64,000 nt of DNA. Origin: Eledone cirrhosa. Lineage: Eukaryota. Location: NCBI GenBank assembly GCA_964016885.1, contig OZ024743.1:184512001-184576000 (forward strand), given 5' to 3'. The stretch's first letter is position 1, and each line of letters begins with the position of its first letter. Positions 26,110 to 36,059 of the stretch are shown here, in pieces. The notes below the pieces were generated by a model. It ran no database searches. It saw nothing but the letters and a program-made list of their open reading frames with translations, and was not told the origin of the DNA. The position numbers and the translations under genes are program-made.

Positions 26110-26410
26110 CGGAGCAATTTTGACAATTAGCAACTGGAACGTTACAACCCTTACAGGCAAGGAGCAGGAATTAATGGAGGAGGCCAGATGCTACTGACTA
26201 GATATAGTCGGGGTTTCCTCAACAAAATTCCATGGCTCTGGTACTGTAGATTTGGATGAATGATAGAGACTCCACTATTCAGTTGTGACGCCAGAAATGA
26301 CTGCATAGGTGAGAGTGGAAATATTTACATGTCCCTGCCTGTCAGTATGTGTTAGGGACTGGATTCCATTAAGAGGGACGATTTGTCTCTTGAAGCTTAG
26401 GTTGAAAAAT
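26110..26410 (+). mobile_element. APE endonuclease N-terminal fragment of a second RTE-like LINE family
   Basis: NWNVTTLTGKEQELMEEA..LDIVGVSSTK.GSG with stops. Confidence 0.65.
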
Positions 26411-27432
26411 AAGTCTCTGTAGCTGGCAGGACCGGAATTAGAACTTGATGCCTAGTGTCCTTCAGGTTTAGAATACACAGCAAACCCCCAATTTTACATA
26501 TCAAAACCGGCTTGGCGCAAGTAACTGGAACTGAAAAGTTATACATACAGGTATTAAATTTTAAGTATCTAACCATCCGCATTTTACGTCCACTTTCCAC
26601 ACTAGTATGTGTTGGATGGGTTGTCACAACCCGAGACCAGACATATCGGAGCGATCTCATCTTGTATTACATATTTAGAATGGTTTCTATGGCTGGATGC
26701 CCTTCCTCCTCCCCTTTAGAATGTTTACTGGGTGCATTGTTTTTGCGATACCAGCAAATATTATTAGATTGATAACAATCTGATGTCTCTAAAGTTGAGA
26801 AAATATGAAGGATATTAAATAATTGTTTCTATTTTTGGCACAAGGCCAGCAGTACATTACTGGTACTTTATTTTATGAAGTAAGGATATATAATAATTAT
26901 ATTTGTTAAAAATATAGTTCTCGCTGTCAAATGGATAAAACTAAAAAGACCAGCAAAGGGCACAAAAAAATTGCTATGGCCGTCGTTGGTGCCCCCTCCC
27001 GGTTGTGGGATGAGGGAAAATACCCCCTTTCCCACCATTAAATCCGGCCCTGGCAGCTGATGGCAAATGAGTTTAACTGATTTTTAATGGTCGTGTTGAG
27101 AGTCCATGATTCTGTCCCGTAGAGAAGTATGGTGATTCGATTGAATCGAACCAGTTGATAACTGGCAGTACTATTTACTTTATCAACCCCGGATGGAGGA
27201 GGGTACAGTCAATCTCAATAGGATACGTATTAAGAATGTGCAAGCACCAATAATATTTAATCCCGACACTTACCGTTTCTGTGCTTTCAAATGAAAATAA
27301 AAACAGTGTTATTTTATTCGGTAATAAAAAAAAAAATCATATTTTATTAAATGTTACATTACGTCAGTTTTGTTGCAATCAAGCGGGAGAAAAAAGTACA
27401 TACAAACCGAGTTAAAATAAAATACGGAAATC

Positions 27433-27800
27433 TACTCTCAGATCTCAAATGATGGGGGAAAAGCGGGGGAGTGGAAAATCGGCAATTTTTCTCGGTTGTC
27501 TCCGTTGATTTAAAAAAAAAACAGAATTAGTCGTTTAGTTTACATATTGAGACCCCCAACCCATCCTATCTATTGTATAACGTATGGGACTGCTCGTAAT
27601 GTACATTTTTGTCATGTATAATGTTTTTTGATGTATAAAGAAAATCAATTGTCGCAGGAATCCTACTACTTAAAATTAAATTTCGACGGATGTAGAGCAG
27701 CAAAATTTAATAAACGGGGGAGATGAAGAGCGGGGAGTTGGAAAAAAACATCTGAAAAATAAATAGGGAGGGGGGGGGGGTTATTTGAGACTCGAAAGTA
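27433..27800. mobile_element. TA-flanked MITE, copy 1 (upstream of mael)
   Basis: Imperfect TIRs tactctcagatctcaaatga / ttatttgagactcgaaagta; internal sequence aligns with 32474-32766. Confidence 0.7.
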
Positions 27801-27943
27801 AATTTGTTTTGGTGGGGAATTCCAAGTGTTTTTTATAGCTTACTCTAAACGGTGCAGGGACAGATAACTCTTACATACTGTTATATAAAACTTAGTTTGC
27901 AGTCGTATCTAGTTAGAACGTTTGTAACTCTACACCGTTAAAC

Positions 27944-29596
27944 ATGCCTCCAAATAAGAAAATACAACATAACGCTTTTTATTATTATATGAAAGATTTA
28001 ATGGAAGAGATGAAACTTAATGGCCATAATTTCCCTAATGGTTTAGCAGATGTTGTGACTATTGCTGGCCCCAAATGGAAGCTGCTGACGGCCAACGAAA
28101 AATACCCTTATGAAAAAATGTCTCGTGAAGTTAGAGAAAATTCACGTAAAAAGAATAACAACACCAACAATAAGAAAAAGGATTCGCGTATGGATTGTAC
28201 AGGGCAGTTGATTTCTAACCATTGTGAACCCCTCGACGAAATTGCTAAACAATACGCTGAACAAGAACGAGATGTTACCTCAAAATGGCCGCATAATACT
28301 GATATATTATATGAAAAGTTTTACTTACTGAATTTCCAGATACTGTGTAAGACTTCAGACGACGAATGCTTACCAGTTGAAGTTTCTATGTTGGAATACA
28401 ATATGAAGGAAGGTGTTAGTAAAGAGATGCACCAATTTATTAACGCGGGTCCAATTCCCGTTGGTTACAGATATGAGGCGCAATTCCACAGTGACAACAC
28501 TCACCAAATTCCCATAGAAAATTTTGAAATGGCCACATCTGATTATACTCAACTGTGGAAAAATTTGCTTAAATTTTCTCGTAATAAACAATTTTATTGT
28601 TTGTCAAAAGATTTCAGAGAGGTTGAAAGCTGTTTGAATTGGATTCGAGTACGAAGTGAAAATGCTAGATCGGAATATATTCAACTTTATGCACTTGAGA
28701 AGCTCGTCATGGATTTGTTTAAACATAACGGCTTTCCAGTAGCGAAATATCAAATTCTTGACATGCTGACAACCACTGCATTCGATTATGAACCCAATAC
28801 TCGTTGTCCTTGGCACGAACAGGCTAGTCTTATTCATTGTAGCTTAGCTATTATTCGAAGATATGCTTACGCCATGTCAGATTCTCTCGTCAATGTTTAT
28901 GAATTCACACTCACATCTCAGCACCTCCCCGTGAAAGATAGTAAAAGTAAAGGCGTATCGTTAAACCCTCCCCATTTCGGCAATAGAAAAAATAACTCTC
29001 GCTCAGCTGCCCAAAGAAACAAACGTTGGTCTGAAAACACGACACAACCCTCTTCTAACGTTCAACCGAATTTTCATTCTTCAAATGACGAATTGGAAGC
29101 TCTCCGCAAGCCACTTACCAGCGCTAACGTTGCTTTTGCGTCGGCAAAACACAGTTATTTGGATAGTAATGTAGAATTTCCACTGGGAACGAAATCTGAA
29201 AACGAATCTGATTGTTGTAGTCATGACGCTAATGTATGTGATAGTTTAAGCGAGTGTGATAGTGAAATAAATCGTATATGTGAAGAAAACGAAGTTCTGC
29301 AGAATCCATTCCACTTTGAACCCGTTTTCCCAAATCTATCGGGCACAAGTAGTAAGTTACCAGCATCGACCACTGCTCCTCGGACGTGGTTAAGCTCAAC
29401 ACCAAAACCTTCACAGATATCAGAAACTGAGTTTCCATCTTTAACCAGCAGTATTTGTTCAGGAACTCGAGGTGCAACTCCTTCCTACCGACAACAAGTG
29501 GCTATGCAAAGAAATGTACCTAGCAGGCCTTGTTTTGCCGCGATGGTAGGTCGAGGACGTGGACGGGGCATAATTGCAAATGCTTGTCCGAAATAG
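27944..29596 (+). CDS. MAEL: Maelstrom (piRNA pathway), single-exon CDS, 550 aa
   Basis: N-terminal HMG box (NAFYYYM...AGPKWKLLTANEKYPYEKM); MAEL domain motifs LPVEVS, PIPVGYRYEAQFHSDNTHQIP, RCPWHE...HCSL (E-C-H-C Zn ligands); Ser/Pro-rich tail ending GRGRGRG; aaacATG start context. Confidence 0.95.
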   Translation: MPPNKKIQHNAFYYYMKDLMEEMKLNGHNFPNGLADVVTIAGPKWKLLTANEKYPYEKMSREVRENSRKKNNNTNNKKKDSRMDCTGQLISNHCEPLDEIAKQYAEQERDVTSKWPHNTDILYEKFYLLNFQILCKTSDDECLPVEVSMLEYNMKEGVSKEMHQFINAGPIPVGYRYEAQFHSDNTHQIPIENFEMATSDYTQLWKNLLKFSRNKQFYCLSKDFREVESCLNWIRVRSENARSEYIQLYALEKLVMDLFKHNGFPVAKYQILDMLTTTAFDYEPNTRCPWHEQASLIHCSLAIIRRYAYAMSDSLVNVYEFTLTSQHLPVKDSKSKGVSLNPPHFGNRKNNSRSAAQRNKRWSENTTQPSSNVQPNFHSSNDELEALRKPLTSANVAFASAKHSYLDSNVEFPLGTKSENESDCCSHDANVCDSLSECDSEINRICEENEVLQNPFHFEPVFPNLSGTSSKLPASTTAPRTWLSSTPKPSQISETEFPSLTSSICSGTRGATPSYRQQVAMQRNVPSRPCFAAMVGRGRGRGIIANACPK

Positions 29597-30069
29597 TTTT
29601 TTCACATACTTCAAACATATTGACATACGTACATTTACTTACACATCGACATACATAAAAAATTATTTTTCCAAACATAAATTCTTGCCTATAATCTATT
29701 AAATCTGCAAACTAAATCTTAGCTAACTTTCTGTGAGTTACGAACTCTTCTGATCATTGTTTTAACACTCCTCGTGGCATGCTGAATTAAGATAATGTAT
29801 CTCAAAAGTAAATAACCACTCTTTACATACCGTCAGAACTTCTATTCTTAGGACGTTTTTACAATTTGTTGAAATTATTCGTAAAATATATATATATATA
29901 TATATATATAATGTTTGTGCAAAAGTTGACTGTATTTTCCATATTGCTATTTCCAAACATTCAGATTTGTTTACCTACAAAATTGCTATTTCGAAACAGT
30001 TCATCATCAAAGTTTTTGCAAAATTATTTAATGTACCTTTAATTTATTTTTAATAATCATAAGATAGTA

Positions 30070-30325
30070 TGGGTATCATAGATAATAGATTTTGTTTAAA
30101 GAAAATGAAAATATCTCGTCCGATTCACCGGATTTATTTTGTAAGCTCCGCTCTCTCTCTCACACATGCGTGCACGCAAGCCGATGGCAGAATCCTAACG
30201 AAACTTAAATCTAATTCTATCCCTAACCCGTATATACGCAATGGATCCAGTGAATCGAACGAGATGTTTTTTATAGTTTTACTTTATACTTAAAGATTTT
30301 TTTTCCTTGAATAATGGCATCCAGT
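30070..30325. repeat. Small inverted-repeat element; a related copy lies inverted at about 21570-21762
   Basis: atctcgtccgattcaccggat vs atccagtgaatcgaacgagat; the same motif occurs at 21697-21720. Confidence 0.5.
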
Positions 30326-31168
30326 GTTTGATTTTGTAATTATCTTTTCGGCGCTCCTTCGTTAATACGTCGTATTTCAAATAGAAACAAATGTTTGTTT
30401 CAATTTTGAAATCCGGTTTAGTAACAAAGAAGCGTCAACTCTTCAATTAATAAAATGCTGCCCTCTGATTATTCATCCAAATGATGTGGAATAAAAGCAA
30501 ACATATGTAGATATTTGTCCGATTTACCGGATTCGTTTCGCAAGTTCCTCTCATATATATATAGTGTATGTGTGGAGAGAGGGATGGACTCCTGGGTTTT
30601 AACGCCCAAGATGCGGTGTATATCTCGACGTGCCCCTACAATTCTGTGAGGAGTTCAAAACCCATGGATATATATATACATGAGCCAACGAAGGAACCCT
30701 AAACTGTTTATACGCGATGAATCCGGAAAAGCAAGTTTCTATTTCACGTTGCTCCTGTTCATTCAGTGGGTAAAAGTGAGTTGTACCTATAATTCATAGG
30801 GTCAGCCTTGTCACACCGTGTCGATGTGATGCTTTTGTGTTGCATCAGCTAAACTCTGGTTTAACACATTGATGACACATCCAATACGGCGCACGTATTT
30901 GCCATAGGAATTGTATCGGACTGTATTTCATTGTACATCGAAAATCGATAAAATAGGTTTAGATATAAATCGATTACTCAGTTCTGTCATGACATATTAG
31001 ATCTTTATATGTTTTATGTTTACAAACTTTATCATGTGACTTTAACAACTCATTGGTGTTTTTCTGCTCTCCTAAACTTCTCATTGCTAGAAGCAGTTTC
31101 TATTTGGTAGTATTGGTAGAGTATCGGATATGTTTAAGGCATATAGTTACGTTCTGAGTTCACATCCC

Positions 31169-31873
31169 GGCGATATCCAATTTTAGTGGACTAAATGCTG
31201 CTTACGTGCTGTAGTTGCTGTTTACTTCAATGTATGAGGCTATTCCAACAAATTTACATTCCCTTTTTTTAGCCGTTAAAAGAAATATAGATTTATTTAT
31301 TGTTTTTTTGTTTTTTTTTTTGCGATTTATTTGCCACTAGAGCATTAGGCGGGGGAAGTTTTTACAAAAATCAAGTACAAACATTTAACGAGTGATTAAA
31401 AAGGAATATAAAAAATTAAGTCCTCAATAGAGAGGCAGCCTTTTGGGGTCACACACACCCCCGTAGAAATTGTGCGACCTTTCTGCCAGGGAGCACAGAG
31501 AGAGGGGGGTGCTCCCTTCTTCTCTTACCTGTACAAGCCGATATAGAGAGATGGGCCATTATTGCTACTTTCACCCATCTTTCATGGAATTGGCTGGGAC
31601 TGAGTGCCTTTCTCTCCACCTTGATCCTTCTTTCGGAGTGGTATCGGAAGAAGAGGACCATTTGTTGGCCGGCGACATATCCCCACAGATCGGCAAAAAA
31701 AACAAACAAAAACGTGGCAAATAAATCGCAAAAAAAAAAAACAATAAATAAATCTATATTTCTTTTAACGGCTAAAAAAAAGGGAATGTAAATTTGTTGG
31801 AATAGCCTCATACATTGAAGTAAGCAACTACAGCACGTAAGCAGCATTTAGTCCACTAAAATTGGATATCGCC
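31169..31873. mobile_element. Non-autonomous DNA transposon with about 160-170 bp TIRs and an 8-bp TSD, inserted in a SINE
   Basis: TIRs 31169-31337 and 31714-31873 (GGCGATATCC.../...GGATATCGCC); TSD CACATCCC at 31161-31168 and 31874-31881; SINE B box on the left, SINE body on the right. Confidence 0.9.
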
Positions 31874-32473
31874 CACATCCCTCCTAAGTTAGCTTTACCT
31901 TTCATTTTTACGGGGTCGATAAAGTACCAGTAACGCACTTGAGTCGATTTAATCGACTCCCTCCCTCCCCCAAATTGTTGGCGTGTCTAAATCAGAAACC
32001 ATTATTATTTATCCCGCCGAGGTTAACTTTGCCTTTCATCCTTACGGGGTCGATAAAATAAAGTACCAGTAATGAACTGGGTAATTGCTGGCCTTGTGCC
32101 AAAAGTAGAAACGATTATTATTTTTAAAATTTATCTTGTCTTAAATTGGTTTGATGTGATCGAAATAATTTTATTTGGTAGTTTATTCCAGGAGTTAAAA
32201 AGTACTTGTTTACTGTTTTGTTTCTAAAAGATCATGTGGTTCTCTCTTGATTTGTTTACACTTTAGTAAAAAAAAAATTGAAAGCTGACGAAATTATCCG
32301 ATCATGAAACAATTTTATGTTGATTCAAAATTTCATATTCAATTGTGTGTATGTATATGTGTATATATATATATATACACACATACAATCAAGAAAAGAG
32401 AAAAGGAAGGTGTTGAGGTGATTAAAATAAGTTAATATATGGGGAGGGAGGAACTACACCTGTGGTTGGACAG

Positions 32474-32766
32474 TACAGGTCCTAAATAATGGGTGGGGTT
32501 TGGAAAATCGGTAATTTTTTTCGGTTGTCTCGTTGACTTTTTAAAAACCAGAATTAGTCGTTAAGTTTACATATTGGGACCCTAACCCATCCTATTTATT
32601 TTATAACATGGGATTTTTTATGTTCTTTTTTATCATGTACAATGTTTTTTAATGTATAAAGAAAATTGTAGCAGGAATGCTACCACTGAAAAGAAAATTT
32701 CACTGGTGATAGATTAGCTAAACTTAATAAGCAGGGGCGGGGACGATTATTCGAGACCCAAGAGTA
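32474..32766. mobile_element. TA-flanked MITE, copy 2 (downstream of mael)
   Basis: Shares ggaaaatcgg..cagaattagtcgtt.agtttacatattg.gaccc.aacccatcctat with copy 1 in the same orientation; ends attattcgagacccaagagta. Confidence 0.7.
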
Positions 32767-35700
32767 CAACCTGCAGACAATGGCATTGTCATGGAGGACA
32801 GCCAGCTATATCTGCTGCATCGACCATTCCACTTCAAGTAGCTCCTTCCTCAGGCAAGTGACTTTCCTTCTGATTTGGTGAAGTAAAATGGTAGTTGAGG
32901 GATCAAAGATATTAAATGCTTTAAGATCATTGAGTTTAGTGTATCACTTTTACTTTTGTCAATCAGCTGCTAGTAACATTGCATGGTGTTTCTTTGGCAT
33001 AAATTTTACTTTTCTCTTTCTTGGAATTATTATTTAACACCATGTCACCTGACTGCTAAGCAAAATATAAGCTGTAGACAAAACTAAAAGTGAAATGCTA
33101 AACTTGGTGGTGAGTTCATTGCCTCTCTTTCTCATTTCTTCTAATGAGGTCAACCAGTTATATTTGTTTGTGTTATAATCTTGTTTGTTAATGTTGTATT
33201 CATAATGCTGGTGAATATGAAGCTATTCTCGAATTAAGTTCCTATATTGATTTCTAATTTAAACACAAGACCAACAAAGTTTCGAGGAAGAGCAATATTG
33301 ATTAATCAACCCCAGTACTTGACTAGTATTTATTTTATTGACTCCAAAAGAATAATAGGAAAAGTTGACCCCAGCAGGATTTGAACTCAGAACAAATACC
33401 ATAATGGTATTTTATCGATGCTCTGCAAATTCTGCCAATCCACAACACTAAGAGTCCCTATATTGGAAACTAACATTCTTTAATTACAAGGATGCAATTT
33501 TGTGCATATTAGTCACCCATTTGTCTCCATTTACTAAAAAGTCATTGTTTTCAATATACCTTCATATGTGAAGGTTGGATGTTATGCTCTCCATCCCAGT
33601 GGGTCAATGCTATCTTCAAATGTAACTCTAGAAAATATTAACTAAGAAAGATGACAAAAGTCTGCTAACCAAGCAGAGCTGGGAAGTGATGAGAGAAATG
33701 TTAGAAGGGAAACAGCTAGATTATATGCCTAAACCATCCTTTTTTACAGGCATGCTGACTTGAGAGAAATCGACATTGGTAATATCAGATAGACTTTTGA
33801 AGATTATTTCAGCAAAGTTTTCTAATTTAGCTGATGAAAAGAGATATAAATCAATTACAGTATACTTAAGTATTCCTTTTTAATATAATGTTTGCTTGAT
33901 GTGGTTCAATTTATTGAGGCACCCTAGCATAATTGAAAACAGCAAATTTGCTTTTAAGGTTATGCTTGTTATTAACACTTTTATTACCATATTTCTAATA
34001 AAATACATCCTATGATTTTCAAATCATTTTGAAAATAAAGATTTTGAAAGGATTTAGTAATATAGCTAACTTTCTAATTATTTATCTAGTGTTTGGAGCA
34101 TAGACTCTATCACAAAATTATGGAATCCTCAGTGTTTTTACGTCCACTTTTCCATGCTGGATGGGATATTTTGAGACTGTTTTACAGCCCAATGATGCCA
34201 ACCGTTTTAATCACCTCTTACAACATGCTGGGATATGGTGTATCTAATCTAAAAACTGGGATACATGCAAAAAGTGTTTTGGGATGATCTCGAATTACTG
34301 AAGCGCATAGGTGATGATGAAGGAATGCGATAAGTTGAGAAATGTATTGAAAAAGACCTGTCCAACCCTTGTAAGCATGGAAAAGCAGGTGTAAACTTAT
34401 GAAGATGATGGTAAAACACTCTAACAAAGTTTTTTCATAGGACCAGCAGTAGTTTAATATCGGTTCATTAGAACAGATACTAATATCAATTCAATAGAAA
34501 TATGGTAACAAAAGGTTTAATTATCTTAAGTGTTTTACTTTATGCTGAGAATCTCCCACCTTTACACAATGATTATTTACAATATGGAGTTATATACCAT
34601 GTGCGTGGTGTGATAAGAGATTAACTTTAAAGAGTAATTTACTCTAGATATATTGAGTGAAAAAAGCTTCAGTAATTGTCTTAGGACTCAATCTGTTAAT
34701 GGTAATGAGGGTTCGCCATTTTACAGTTAGTAATGGAAAGCTTTAGATTAGACTTGTCTAGCAAGCTATATTGTTTTGAATTAGCGACAAGTCAAATATC
34801 AACTGAATAACCAGGTAAATTTAGTACATTTAACTGGATTACCGATTACCACATATTTTGGTTGTCTAGCATAAATATTTATTTTCAATAAATAAATATT
34901 TATGCTAAAACCCATTGTATATTTGAACATTTTAAGGGACATATAACTACCCATTTTTAATTTGAAGCCTTTGCTGTGAAAGTGAAGTGTAAACATGTTC
35001 AACTCTTTCTCCATTTACAGAAAAAGGGATTATTCTGTTGCAATTAAAATATTATTGTCCTGATCAGATAACTACATCTATGATTCTGTGGATGGAGTAA
35101 TATTGCTATAACGATACTATATATGTCATAGAAAATACCTATAATGATCAGTCTAATTTGCATATTGGTGATGTAATTTCAATCTTTATGGAAATACACA
35201 AATTTTCTATTACTGTTGTCAATATGGTAGTAAAATAACTGACATAGATTGCTGCCATATTAAATGCTTTATAGTTTTTAGTTTTGATTTATTCTGATTT
35301 CAATTCCACATAGGAGGATATATCAACTCAATTATATTTCTCTCTTCCTTATTAACCATCTTGATACCCAACAGCCTTTGCTTTTACAACATAAAACTGT
35401 TCATTTTAAGATGTTTAGAATTATCAAAAAACTTTTGTGTTAAGTTTGTAAGAAAGTTAATTATAGTACTAAATCCATCCAACTTATTATTTTCAAAATT
35501 ATTCCCAAATCATAAGCATTACCTTTTATTAGAAATATGTTTATGAAAGGGTTAATCATTTCCATTAAATAACTAAACAAATAGTATGTTCTTTGAAAAC
35601 AAATCTAACTAAAGATACTTTGACACTTAAAGCTTTTCATTTCAGATATACAAATTTATATATTAGTATATTCATGTATTGTTGGTAATACTTCTATCAC

Positions 35701-36059
35701 CACACAAACCAATCACTTTAAATTGATTTAACTGTTTAGTTTTCCCTTTATGCCAGTGGGTACATAAAGCAACTCATCTGTACTTCATAAATGAAATGCA
35801 ATGAGTTTTGTATTTTCTTTCTATATTTCTTTTCTCTTATTCCTTTGTTTTTATTTACTTTTTAAATAAAAAAGTATTTTGCAATATTTTCAGTTTTGAA
35901 TTTATATTTTCAAAAATATGTTTTGTTACAGCTCTACAAGGGTGCATCAGTTTTTTTAGGACATTTGCATGAATTTAGATACAAATTGATACAAATATCA
36001 TAATACATTAATGATATCTATTCAATGAATCCTGTTTGCTTCAATATGGGATCTTACTA

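Noticed and set aside
28370-29477. Short minus-strand ORFs within mael
   Set aside because: Antisense shadows of the real CDS.
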